A DNA stretch of 63,235 bases, filler included, from Rozella allomycis CSF55 (taxonomy: Eukaryota): NCBI GenBank assembly GCA_000442015.1. It is 9 parts of 9 records of this genome, joined end to end, with 100 filler letters (N's around TTAATTAATTAA, not from the genome) between each part and the next. Parts side by side here need not be neighbours in the genome. Positions count along the whole stretch, not along the records: positions 25,130 to 29,699 come from KE561083.1; positions 29,800 to 46,737 come from KE561084.1; 7 more parts are not named here. One strand, given 5' to 3'. This document shows, piece after piece, positions 25,130 to 37,616 of this stretch. The position numbers and the translations under genes were made by a program. Each line of letters starts with the position of its first letter. Within the stretch, counting starts at the first letter, position 1. A model generated the notes under the pieces. The model saw only the letters and a list, made by a program, of their open reading frames with translations. It did not search any database and had not been told where the DNA came from.

Positions 25130-26520
25130 GTGAGAGCAGCCGGATTGCTAACTCTTTCACTTCCAACAGGGTCAACATTTTTAATTTTTAATATATTTTG
25201 ATATTGGGTAGCTTTATCAAAACGGTCGATTGTTTCTATTATCGCCCGTACAGGCATGTCAATACGATCTCGGGTATGATACGGTAACCGAAAAGTGCCT
25301 CGTAACGGTGCCTCCTCTTTGAAGGGAAGAAGGCGGCCTCTTTGTCGATTTTATCTGCGCGTTCATTAAGTTCAATACCGGCGTGTGCATTTACTTTGAC
25401 CAATTTTGTCGCTGCCTGGCGTTCTGCTAGTAGTTTACGGAGTAGCAGTCGGATGCACAAATTGTTGGTTTGCAACAGTTCCCGGTTAGTTTGGGGCTGT
25501 TGTAGGCGTTCTATAATTGCAATAGTTGCCTCCGGATCAGTGTGGATTGTGAGGGGCCAGTTGATTGTGGTATTAGTGAGAGTTTCCTTGATACCCCATT
25601 ATTCAGCGTATGTTGAAGCATCAAGTGTCCTCTAAGGGCCACGTTTTATATTTAAAGGTCCTTATATTTTAGGTAAATGAGAATGGCTACAACCCCCATT
25701 TATTTAGTTGCGAAATAAGCTGAACCGTCGGTATAGGCTAATGTGTCCACCACCGGAAGTTTGGCAGGTGCACACGACGTAATTGAAGGGCATAGTTCTT
25801 GCAGGCGTTTAGGTACCGGTCTTGCGATCATACTGTGCTGTAGCCTTGAGGAACGATGTCCCTTGTTTGGAGTAATAAATTCTGGTTCTAATTGATTGTA
25901 GTCTGACCATAGAGGGTTGGAGCTCTCCCTTAGGGCCGTTCTTAGTTTTTTGTAGGTTGAATGTATACAAGTATTTGATGTGCGTTTACGTGGCCTTTTT
26001 GGGAAGAGGTAGGACGCTGTTTTAAGATCCTGCCAGTGCTGGCCTTTACATCTTCCAGCCGATACATTTTATTACGTTAAAGTTCGTTATGAATCTTTCG
26101 GTAGATTGAGGGGTTGGTGTCCGGAGCGGAACCTCATACCTGTTTAAGGCATTACACCATGCAGCCGCCATGGAGTTATTTTAATGTCGCATGAAAGGGG
26201 GTTCCGCTTCCGTAGGCAACAGGTTCCCCATCTGATATAAGGATAGATTTAAATGTGTTGTTACTCCTGGCAGTAAGCGCTCCGCTAAACATACCTGTAG
26301 GTTTGTTAGCATTTGCCGATGGTAGATGTCGACAAGATTGTCTAGCTTAGTTATATCATGGTTAAGTACCACGGCGTTAGGAGTGCAGCCAGGCATGCCA
26401 AAACGATTTTTGACACGTGTGAGCCAAATTGCGTTTACCTGTTGTAAATGCGTTTCATTTACAGGTATTATCTGTCGGCGGTAGAGAGCCAACACTCTAT
26501 TTATTAGGTAGATCAGTATA
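25130..26520 (-). mobile_element. Degenerate non-LTR retrotransposon fragment (post-RT region + RNase H)
   Basis: RNase H motifs in order on the minus strand: AYTDGS (~25730), STYAE, TIHTD and KVNAHAGIELNERAD; stops and frameshifts; higher GC than flanks. Confidence 0.75.
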
Positions 26521-26750
26521 CAGAGAATCCTAAAAAATTTTCCGTAGTACGGGCGCTAGGGTTCCGCCTTGGGGTAATCCTCTTTCAGGGGTGATGCTAT
26601 CCGTGTTACTGTAGTTAGTGATTACAGATAATCGCCGCCCCGTGTCCATGTTTATAATGAGATCAATTTTTTGACTCGGTAGTTTGAGTCTTTCAAGGGC
26701 CAGCCGCATGGAGGTTGCGCTGAAGTGAGCGTACTGTGTATATGCGAAGT

Positions 26751-26813
26751 GAAAATGGTATTAACTGCCAATAATCGTTTCTGAAGTCCGGGTCGTAAAC
26801 TCCCCGTCCTATA
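26751..26813 (-). repeat. Dispersed repeat family B (GGACGGGGAGTTTACGACCCGGACTTCAGAAACGATTATTGGCA)
   Basis: Near-identical copies at 48979-49046 (+) and 50443-50477 (-). Confidence 0.85.
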
Positions 26814-26880
26814 AACTTTTAAACGTAAATGACTAAGAACATCAAAAAGCGTTAACGATACTCATCATTTTGTATGAAAT

Positions 26881-29318
26881 ATGTTACTACTAATCTATAA
26901 ATAAACAAGTATTGAGAGTCTTTTTAAGGGATTGACACTCGACGATTTAAAGAAAATTTTTATAAGTTTGTTCAAGAGAACCAGTTGATATTTGAGGACT
27001 ACTATTCTTTCACCAAAGAGGATTGGGTTGCAGAGCTTGGATCAGCAGGACGTGCTATCTACAATAAGATCAATTCAGCAAGTAAACATTAAATTTTGAA
27101 TAATAAGTAGACACTCAGGTAGTGGTGCCTTCTGTAGGCACTCAGAATCTTCAAAGTGTTACCGATGTTGTGCTGGAGAACCCCCATTTTATTACACCGA
27201 TTAATACTAGTATTAAAAGTGGCATTGAACTTGGAGCAAAATTTAAGTTTGTTAACCGTGAAAGTCAAAGTGCAAAGTTCCTGCAACTGGTTAAGGAAGC
27301 TGTTCACAACACCCGCCAAGAGGCTGCTGTATTTGAGAAGCAATTCAAGGTTATTGTTTTAACTGGATCTCCAGGTATATTTTTAGCTTTTGTCGTTAGA
27401 TTGTAGGCATTGGCAAAACAACATTTGGAAGNTGCTGGAGAACACCCACTATATTACATCTCCTATAAATATTAATATCATAAGTGGCATTGAACTTGGA
27501 GCAACATTTAAGTTTGTAAATCGTGAAAGTCAAAGTGCTAAGTTTCTGCAACTGGTTGCTGATGCTGTTCATAACTGCCGCTAAGAGTATACTGTATTTG
27601 AGAAGCAGTTCAAGGTCATTGTTTTAGCTGGATCCCCAGGTATATTGTTTAGCTTTTGTCGTTAGATTGTAGGCATTGGCAAAACAACATTTGGAAGGAA
27701 ATGCTTGTACGCAGGGGACTTGAACGGTTTTGAAGAGGAGATAAAGAGTATGATTATAAGAAGCAGGCAGAAAGAATTAGTGTTTCATGTTTCCGTGGCC
27801 AATCTTGGCAACTGGGATGGATCTGTGGCAGAATTGATGATGTTTGCATTTCTGCATGGCCGAAGATCAGGATTTGAATGGCCAAATTTTAAATCTCAGG
27901 TTGTTGGGATTTTTTCTGCTGCTGATGTTTGCACAGTGATCAGGAAGACGCTTGACATCTCAGAAGAAGTTGTTATTGTATTTGTTCTTGATGAAACCAA
28001 CACAGTACTCACAAATAAAGAAACTTCTTTGCATCGCTTCATGAAGTATTGTCCTTCTGCTACTATCGCATGTGCTGGACATGGGATTTACCCGATATTC
28101 ATGTTGGCAGGGACTAGATAACAAGAAGTGATGGACCTCAGTAACGTTACTGGCACAGAAATCTTTGTGATATCACTGCCTCTTTTGAACACATCTAATT
28201 TTAAGGAGATCACAATTGATTTACTAATGAAAGAAAACAAATCCGTTGATATTTGTGAAAAAATGATACAGGCATTTGATTTGTTGACAGGGCAGATAAG
28301 ATTCTTTTCCCATTTTCTTTTTCAAGTTGGGAAACAGAATGATGCATTTGACATTAACGTGTTTGCTCAACGTTTGTCTAATGTTGGGAATGATGATTTA
28401 TTGAATCAGCTTTTGACAAATGCATACAATTCATCAATGTCAGGTTTCTTTAATAAACTGACTGGTGTTTACAAGAATGATGATTTTATGACGTCTATTC
28501 TTCCAAGGCTTGTTGCCGCACAAATTCTCAAGGCTCCTGCACTTTGTCAAGGAGAAGCGTTCTCTGGTGAGTTCTCTATTAACCATCTACAGAACAATGG
28601 AATCATAATGGCAGAGTATTCTTCTGGAGGAACTATCACTTCAATTAGAATTCCTTTCTTCTTGTTGAAAAGATATCTTGAAGGTGAAAGTGCTGTTCCT
28701 AGCGTGTCTTGGCTTGCTTCGTTTTCGGCCTTTTTGAGTCCAGATGACAATGAGAGAAATGATATCGCCATTATCCTGCTTAAATTGTATCTTTTGAAAA
28801 AAGTGTCTGACAAGCCAACCTTCAAAATCTCTGATTTGTTTCCCTGGGTCAAAAACAATGGATATTGCTACTATTTCCCAACATCTTATAGATACAAGCA
28901 CCTGAATAAGCAAGTTATTAGCTGCGACGAAATAAGAAACGTCAAAGCAAACTTTTGTGCCTTTATCAATGCTGCTCATGCCCCTCACGCGGATTCGTAT
29001 CTTCAATTCAGAGCTTTCTTAGAACATCAACCCTCAGCTATATTCACTTCAGTTTGGTGCGTTCAGTCCGAGCGTAGCAAAGCGGCAAAGAAAATGAAAT
29101 TCTTACAACTCGTGCCCGAGAAATCTAGCTTCTCTACAGAAAAAGCAAAAATCAATCCTGGACCTCACGATCTTTTTATTTACATGACTTATTTTTGCTC
29201 AAGAATTGAAGACGAGTCGAAGATTGAAAACGGCTATGATATTTTTGTTGATTCCACTAATATGAAAGAATTTCTCGATGCTTTAAGCCATACGCGCAGA
29301 TTGCAAGCTAATCAATAA
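26881..29318 (+). pseudogene. Crinkler-type effector gene (SAM-like header, P-loop NTPase, restriction-endonuclease-like C-terminus); disrupted and probably a chimera of two paralogs
   Basis: Walker A GSPG|IGKTT split by a short intron; Walker B VIVFVLDE; C-terminal NAAHAPHAD...VQS; in-frame stops at 27582 and 28119; 27170-27431 repeated in diverged form after the N at 27432. Confidence 0.6.
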
Positions 29319-29863
29319 ATCTCATAATTGTCAATAACAAATATTGTTTAACTGCCTTATTTTGGAAACTGAAATGTTGGAGAATCAAAACTTGTCATAA
29401 AACCACATTTCGAAAACACAGTTCCCATTCCCAGAAAATTGCACTGATTTAACACTTGAGATTGTCTTGGAAATGATTAAAATTTTCAGTGGGTTTAGTT
29501 GGATAGACTGACACATTTCATCTGTGAATTAAAGATGTCAAGTTGTCAACAATGAAGAAAAGGAACCTTTACAAAGACAGGAGGGGAGAGAGTTCCAAGA
29601 CAGGTAGTATTCACTGTGAGTTATTTGGATGACACTGTGATATCTATTGATGAGCAGTCAACAATGTGAAATCTATTGCAAAAGATAATAGATTGGTGGN
29701 NNNNNNNNNNNNNNNNNNNNNNNNNNNNNNNNNNNNNNNNNNNTTAATTAATTAANNNNNNNNNNNNNNNNNNNNNNNNNNNNNNNNNNNNNNNNNNNNC
29801 AATTAATATGATTATGTATTAACTATTAACTATTAAGTATCAACATTATAACATATAATTTAT

Positions 29864-32086
29864 TTAAAATGGCGAATTAACAATTTCATCTCTTAAGTTG
29901 CGTAATTTTTTGGGAGTTGAAAATGACGATTTAGCCGCCATTGTGACATTATGAGGAAGAGTAACAATTATAGAACGATCATTATTGTATTTAAATTGAT
30001 CTGAAACAATTACATCGGAATATTCTTTGATTTGGTAGTCGGTAGTTTTCCCAGCCTTTACTCTGCGAAAATTCCAAGTAATGACAAATCTTCCTGTGCT
30101 AAATAAGGTTAGATAATTCTAAATACCTAGTAACTATTGTTTTTTCTTCTTTTTCACCAACATTGAACTTTGCAGGGGTAAAACATACTTTACCCATGTG
30201 AATAGCATGCTCAGGTTTCAATTGAAGTCTAATGGGTTTGTTCTAAGTTTTGGAGAATTTAAAGGGTTACCTTATTTTTTCCAAGTGATTTTGAATAACC
30301 AGAAACTCCGGTCTCTTGATTAAGAGTGTCAACGACTAAGAGAAAAGAACTACAAGTAGCCAAGAGGTACCTGCCATTTTCAGTGGAATCAATTGCAATT
30401 ATTTCATCACCAAGACCAGGGAAGGCTGTTTTAGCACGTTTGTCTAGTTTATTGTAAAGACGAATTTCCCCTTTGTCGTTAGCCATCGCCAACTCTCCAC
30501 TTCCAGTGGTAGTAGCAGCAGAAAAATTAACTTTGGAAGAATAATTCATTCTGATAAAATTGTAGAAGGAAAATTACGATTCCGCCTTTTTGGATGGCGT
30601 GGAAAGGCGAGGATCAACGCGAAATAGCGAGCCTTTATTAAACCCAACAAAAGTTTTTGAGGGTGTCATTTGTGCGTATTTAGACTCTGGGAGAATGTTG
30701 TTGACGGGAATATCTTCGCCTACAGTCCATTCTTCGATAACTTTCCCTCTTTCGATATCCATTTTGAATATTTTATCATTTTCATTTGGATTTAACAATA
30801 AAAAGGAAGAATCTTCTTCGTGGAGCATAAGTTTGCTTGGATCAAAACTTTTTCCTGAAATTGTTTGAATATTCTTTATCGTTGTTTGAAATTCAAGCTT
30901 ATCATCGTTGTGCTTAAAGACCCCCACTTGATTTCCACGAACAACAAAAGAACGATCGTGCTTGTATCCAACTTCTAATATTTTATTGCTACTTTCAGTT
31001 GCTTCTGTCTCTCCTTCGTCTGCAGAAACAAAGCTCTCATCTTTTTCTTCCTCTTCACCTTTTTCTTCGTCATCTTCAGACTCTGTTTCCCTTTCCGAGT
31101 TAGATTCATCCATTGATACATCCTCTGCATATCCTTTCATTAAATAATCTTTATCTTCCTCTTTCGTCTTTGAAAATAGTTCTTTATTTCGATTTTCATA
31201 CATTGAAACACTAAATTTATTCAAAAACTCCTCAAAATCATCGTCAAATTTTAAGCTCAATGACCAAAATTTGCCATCTAACGATTAGAGAAATTTGCGG
31301 AATTTACTGATTTCTTTGTTCCATATAAAAGATCGTTCTTTATTAATAATATTACTATTCAGCGATGAATTAATTTCAGCATCTTCATAAATTGTTTGAT
31401 TTTCAACTTTTAAACAAAATGAAAACTCACTCTTTTCGTATATAGTAACATTGACATTATCATCCTGGAGTTTAAACAAAGCATCCGAGGGATCAAAATA
31501 AAACAACTTTGCTTTTCCCTTAAATGTAACTTTTGTCACTTGCGGAAGCGCTGGAGATTTAACCAAAGTCTTTGTTGTAGTTTCATACCAGCTAAAAAGT
31601 TCATCGACGGATACATCCACATCTTTTTGAAATTGTCTTTCAAAACAACACCTGACACATCTTTCAAAAAAGTTTTTGTCCTGTTGAATGTCTGATTCTT
31701 CTATTTCAAACCTATATTGCATATCATCCTATATATGAACATCCTGTATAATACCTTATTGAATACAAATCCTTTTTGTGTAAATTGTAAATTCAATATA
31801 GCGTCAATTAGAAATCTATATTCGTTATCATCAAAGTCTGCAATATTTAACGTAAAAAACATACCTTCCTCCTCGCCTTCTTCATAAACTCTTTGTATGC
31901 AGAGCTCGGAATTATACTGGATTGTCGTTTTCTCAATAGAAATACTAGAATTGTTGAATCTGTAATCACAGAGGTTATATCGATTTACATGCATATATCC
32001 ATTCTTGGGTGTATTTTATAAAACTTTCCTTTTAAATCTTTCGGCTTTTCAGTTGAACCAAGAAAAGATGTCAAAAAGTTAATCAT
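29864..32086 (-). CDS. VID27: Vacuolar import and degradation protein 27 (multi-exon)
   Basis: HDRSFVVRG..GVFK, MLHEEDSS, MDIERGKVIEEW, FRVDPRL, GEIRLY, AKTAFPGLG, IKKYSDVIVSDQFKY. Confidence 0.9.
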
Positions 32087-32114
32087 AACAATGTGGCTTA
32101 AGCACAAAGGGAAC

Positions 32115-33245
32115 TTATTTTTTATTGGATGTTAATGCCTTAAGGACCAAAGGAGCATTTGTTTTTGGTATGCTCGCTGTATTTCGAAAATCAAAAACCG
32201 CGGATGTTGATAATCTTGGNTCGAAAACTGCGGATGTTGATAATTTTGGATTTAGTTGTAGCGACGCAAGGCCTTTGGAAGATGATGGCTTGTCAAATAT
32301 GGAAGACATTGCTAAATCTAGCCTTTTCTTTTTTGTTGATTCAGTTAAACAATATCGAATGTTTTACCTCTTTGATGACCGTAAAGGTTTCTCTTGGCCA
32401 GCTGAACATCACGAGGTGTCTCTTTAGCAATCGGACAATTTAAACCTGTTCTGTTCCTGAATGACTCTTCATCTGCTTGTTTAGCTTTTTCGTCTTTTTT
32501 CTGGGACCTTAAATTAGATCGAAGCATTTTAGAAATAGAGTAATCGTCGCGCCATTGGCTTTTCTTATTTTGAAGTTCCAAAATAACAGGGGCTGCCTGT
32601 TCAGCTTTTCTTTCATCTTCAACTTGATGCTCTAATCTGTAGAATGCATTTTCATTTAGTTTCTTTGATTCCTCAAGATCTATTTCAGCAAAATAAAATT
32701 TGTTACTTGTTAACTCTATGGCCTCACTGTCTTCTCTTTCCCAAGTTTCTATTTTCTTCCTACAGCCACTTTTGCAGACGTATACTGCATTCTAAGATTC
32801 AATTAGATGCCAATAGATATACCTTTGGATCAGATTCCATCTCTAACCAACCTAGACATGTTGGACAATGAAACTTGAAATGCCAGATAGGCGTAGAGAA
32901 ATAGTAGCCCACTTTAGTCTTTTCTGAATTAAATCGAACTCCTTGCCCAATGTGAGTATCACAATGAAGACACCAAATATTAAAGGGATTCTCGAATCTC
33001 TCTATAATCTTTTACAATATTACCTAAACGTTAGATTTGCTTCACGGGGTTCTTGTCGTCGTTTCTTTCTATGTGTCTTGTTGTAAAATTTGTTTAGCGA
33101 TTCCTATTTCGATAACAAAAAAGTGTATACTTTATGAGGATCGTAATCAGGATGGTAATATTTTTGTTGTGCTTTTCTTTCAGCCTGAAGAAATACTTGC
33201 TTTAAAGANCAGCCTGAATAACATACTTGCTTTAAAGATTACCAT
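32115..33245 (-). CDS. CCDC130: CWC16/YJU2-family splicing factor (CCDC130/YJU2B type)
   Basis: M|AERKAQQKYYHPDYDP, RFENPFNIWCLHC..IGQGVRFNSEK..VG.Y.STPIW.F...C..C, W.DDYSISKMLR. Confidence 0.85.
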
Positions 33246-33318
33246 GAGTTTTCGAAATTTCTAAAATGAAAGAAGTGAAAAGAAATTGAAAGTGGAAGGT
33301 TAAAAGGTTTATTGTTTT

Positions 33319-36300
33319 TTAGCTTACCGATTTTCTACCAGAGAGATTTGAATCTTTGATTATGGATCCGTCACCGGCTGTAGCGAGCACAGCAGTCAGC
33401 ATACCAAGAAATTGTTCAAATTTTTCAGGCTACAGTGATTACAATTGCATACAGTTACTTGTAAGCAAATTGTTCCAGAATTTGTCTTTATTTCAATGAC
33501 TTTAGAGTCTTTATCAGAAAGTACAGTAGCGTTTATTAGTTTTATTTCGTATGCATTCTAATTGAATAAGAGAATGTAATTTCCTTTACTATTGAATTTT
33601 CTTGAGACCCAATGAATATGGCGGGAGGTCTTGATTCAACCAAATAAACTGAGCAATATTCCCACCTTGAGAAAAACCTTGTAACTGGATTTTTGCTTTC
33701 AATCAAGACGGGCATTTCTGATATTGCCAATTTGGCGACCTTCATTGCAGCGATGGATTGCTAGATTGTTTCGGAGTTGAGACGTTACTTTTAATGTGCC
33801 GTACCCTATGTTTTCATCAATTTTGGATGTTTCAGGTGCCATTGTAGTTGATTGCTTCTTGCCCTTATCTTTGAAGACAGCCAAAACTTTTGGAATGAAG
33901 AGGATTGCGATAACAGAACAGTCTGAGAATATGATTACAGCTGAGGAAATGATAAAAGTAGTTTCAATGGAGCTATTTGAAGTCAATTCAATCATCAAAA
34001 CAAGAGCGGAAGACAAGAGAACGTTGTAGAGGGAGAGGGCAATGGATTGACTTTCATTGTAACGAGCATAAGCAGATCTAGACCCATAAGCTAGAAGTGC
34101 GCCCATAATCATTAAAATTGAATTGTAGCATAAAAGTAAACCAAGCATTGTCCATTCAAATGTTTTGTTAACTGAAGAACAAGTGTATCGATTGTTGATC
34201 AACACTTCACGAGGCGGATCAACAAGAGTCCAGATCAAACAAAGCAACTAAATTTTAGTTTTTAATCATAAATTACAATTTCCCCTAAAAGCACCGAAGC
34301 TGCAAACATCATCACAGTGCCATTCATGACGGATCGTTTAATTGCTTTGCGCATGTTGAATATTTTGTAAATTCTCCAAGTCTTGGCTAATAAATTTCTT
34401 TTTAGCTTTAAATATTAAGGATTACCCCATGATTAAGCCGAGCCCAATTGGTAACAACCAAATCTTTGCAATACAATTTGAATCACTTGTAACTGAAGAT
34501 ATGAAGACATGAGAAAACACAAAAATAGATCCAATTAGAATTAAAATGCAAAACACTGGTGATGATGAGAGAATCACTGGATGGCTTTTATATTTCAAAA
34601 TGAAGATTATCAATCCAAGAATCAAAAAAATACCTTTGAAAAATAAAGAAACTATTTTACCAAATGAATTTACAGATGAAACAACAACAAATGAAGAATC
34701 CTGAAATGTCATTTTTTCTGGCTTAAAATCTTTAAAAAAAATTATCAATTAAAATACTTGTAGAACAATCTGAACCATAATATCCAGACTTACATGTACA
34801 CGTGCCATCATCATTACAAACCCCATTGCTAGAACAATTCGATGGGCAAGCAGCTTAAATAAATAAAACAGAATAAAATTTACGACAAATGCTTCCAATA
34901 TTTCTGGTTAAATCAGTTTCACACCAATAGTTTAAAATATTCGTTTGATTGACTATTATTGGTCCAGTTTTAATCAAACTGCTTTGAGGCAAGTATCGAT
35001 TTGTTTTATCAAACAATGCAAGAAAATAAACTGATAAATACCCTTGCAAATATGGCTGATCAAATATCGTAAAAGATATTTTTCCTAAAGAAATTCCCTT
35101 TGCCAGCGTTGATGACAAGCCAATCCCTGCGATTGTTTTACCATTCATTACAGAAGAATAACTGCTCAGTGTTAACAACGCTTCTCCAACAATTATAGAT
35201 TGAAAAAATATGCCAGTAATTGCAGGATCACCCACCAGTGTATTTGTCACATCCAACGACAATTGATCTGCATTTCTTGCCGTCACTAGAAGATAGTTAT
35301 TAGATCCAGAAATATAAACACTTCTATTGCGTAAAATAAATGCATTTTCAAATCCATTGCATCTTTCAATTGTCGTGTCTTGGCCAAGCTGATGATTCAA
35401 ACAAAGTCCTTTCATAACACCCTTGTCCATCAATTCATTTGCAATCTTAAAACCAACATCATAATCATTCGTTCCAATATGCGTTTTCACAAATCCAAGC
35501 GATGAAGAAGCATTAGATCCCGTTGCGACTGATATTATTGTTATGTTTCTGCTGTTCATAGACGACAGCGATGTTTGAAGAGCACTTAGATTGGGAATGG
35601 TTGTCACAACACCCATTGCTGAACTAATAGAGTCTAATAAAGTTTGAAGCTGAAATGTATCATATAAAGTAATATTGTGCAGAACAATATCAACACCAAA
35701 ATCTTTAGCTGCTTGATTGGCTCCATTGACAAGCATTTTCCAATACGCATCTACTTGTGGATTCCCATGGATAACAACATGAATAGGATCATTGGATCTA
35801 GTAAGAGTACAGTTTCCAGATAAAATGCATCTAACCTTGCCAATGTTATTCCTATTATACAAAGCAGGACCTTTGATTCAGTTTAATACTGTTTACCAGT
35901 GAACAAATATGTATCAACGATGCTTTGATTCAAATACGATAAGTATTGCATCAAAAATGGAAAGTAACCTTGCAAATATTCTTGTTGGTCTATAACAAGA
36001 GTCAAATTGTTATTGTATATTTGATTCGATATATCTAAATTTACATTAACCACTCCAAGCCCTATGTTGCTAATGTTTAAATTCAAATATCTAATAGCGT
36101 TTCTTGTAGGCGTTAAATGCTGACTAGACAGGAAAATACAATCTGTTTGAGAATAATTAGAGAGCAACTGAACCATCTTTGCGTATATTAAATTGTTGTC
36201 TCCAGTTTCTGCCACATCTTCCACTTGGTAATCCATTCCTGCTTCAAGTACAGCAGTCTTAAATCCTAAACATCTTGAATTCAAACCAGCATTGCCATAT

Positions 36301-36815
36301 TGTCCTTTTATACACATTGTCTTGTTCTTTCCTAATGACGCAAAATACTTTCCTGCTTTATATCCAGAATTAAACTCTATCTGCCCTATATGTAAAGACG
36401 ACCCGACTGATGCTGCAAACTGATCACCACTGTTAAATGTAAACACTTTAACGCCTTTCCTAGTAGTCCTATTAATCGCAGCGCCTACATTAGCTAGATC
36501 ATATATTGTTGATGACAGTGATGAGTATTGACCAGATGCCGCAGCGTTTTCGATATTCTGCGCTTGTTGCACAGCATTAACTCCATTAGTAGCTGATATC
36601 ACGACTCCATTTATCCCAGTAAAAGAATTCTTCGCTGCCGTCCAGCCTGTTTGTGCGCTAGCCCAAAAGGGACTTGTGATGGGATTGTCATGAATAATCC
36701 ATGCAAACTTCATGTTTTCACGTCTAACACATTTTTTACACACAGAATAATCTGATTGAATAATCAAGTCAGCATAAACGGTGGCGAGCAGAAGGAAGTA
36801 ATGGAAGGGTCGCAT
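33319..36815 (-). CDS. Class C (GABA-B-like) GPCR: signal peptide, two periplasmic sugar-binding (PBP type I) domains, EGF domain, 7TM, PH-like tail
   Basis: Signal MRPFHYFLLLATVYA; two repeats of H..(P/A)(F/Y)W...G...A ... HIG....(S/V)G ... RC.GF ... DQ..YLQGY; EGF CPSNCSSNGVCNDDGTCTCKSGYYGSDC; class C motifs SSSPVFC, AKTWRIYKIF and YNESQSIALSLYN, FIPK. Joined in frame by 26-32 nt introns (e.g. 35871-35896, 34854-34883, 33761-33788). Confidence 0.85.
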
Positions 36816-37070
36816 TATTTGTTTACAAAACGGGACGTTCCAGAACACTAAAAAATCATCGTAATTGAGGCAAAGAATATTATTCCATCGATTATTACCA
36901 AATTTAAAGAAAAGGGTCAATAGTACTACGCACAGCTTGGGTTTTGATTAATGCTTTAATCGTGAAATGTTCAAACTTGTAAATCATTTGGAATTTTCTA
37001 GTTTTCTATGCTTCTCTCTTCATTCAGCGATTTGGAATTTACGAATACGGAAATGGAATTTTGATAGGGT

Positions 37071-37205
37071 AATTGGAAAGGGCGCTGGCTTTTAAAGACT
37101 TTATCTTGAAGTACCTTGTTCAATTTCAATGGATTCGGTTTTTAAAGTCTAATTTCTTTGAAATTTTCAGGAGAGTTTGGTTCGATCCTGATTTTGACGA
37201 ATGGA
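37071..37205 (+). repeat. tRNA-derived (SINE-like) repeat, copy 3
   Basis: GGGCGCTGG..GTTCAATTTCAATGGATTCGGTTTTT..GGTTCGATCC..GATTTTGACGAATGG matches the reverse complement of 12391-12530. Confidence 0.55.
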
Positions 37206-37616
37206 ACCGGGAACCCCCTTCCTTAACTTTAAATAAAAATATTTAAAGTATAAAAAAGATCAATTTATTTAATTAGATTGCAAAAAAATGAACACTCATT
37301 AGAATCTTTCAGAAAAAGATTAAAGAAATGAATTAGATCCGTTCAAATAAAGAAATATTGTTTTATTCTTGCGATTTATTTAAATATTTTATTTAAGAGT
37401 TACTAAATGCGCTCTATTTATAATAGTTGATTACTAATGCATGACTGGGGTCTGAGAATGTTTACAGGCCCACTTAAATTATCAATATGCCTTAAATTAT
37501 CGGGAGAGAATCGAGAGATTGATATGTGAAAATTTAAAATAAGTTTTTTGAAAAAATGATTAATTATATTAATTAAACTGCCAAATTTTGCGGAGGCACA
37601 AACAAGTAAGCCACCA

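Noticed and set aside
27582-28121. RIP-like CpA>TpA mutation as the cause of the stops in the Crinkler-like gene
   Set aside because: Only one change is verifiable against the paralogous copy, and the other differences are not C>T biased; insufficient evidence.
34855-36920. Bacterial contamination or an ABC transporter operon suggested by two sugar-binding ORFs
   Set aside because: They are joined by spliceosomal introns to EGF and 7TM exons; no permease or ATPase genes are present.
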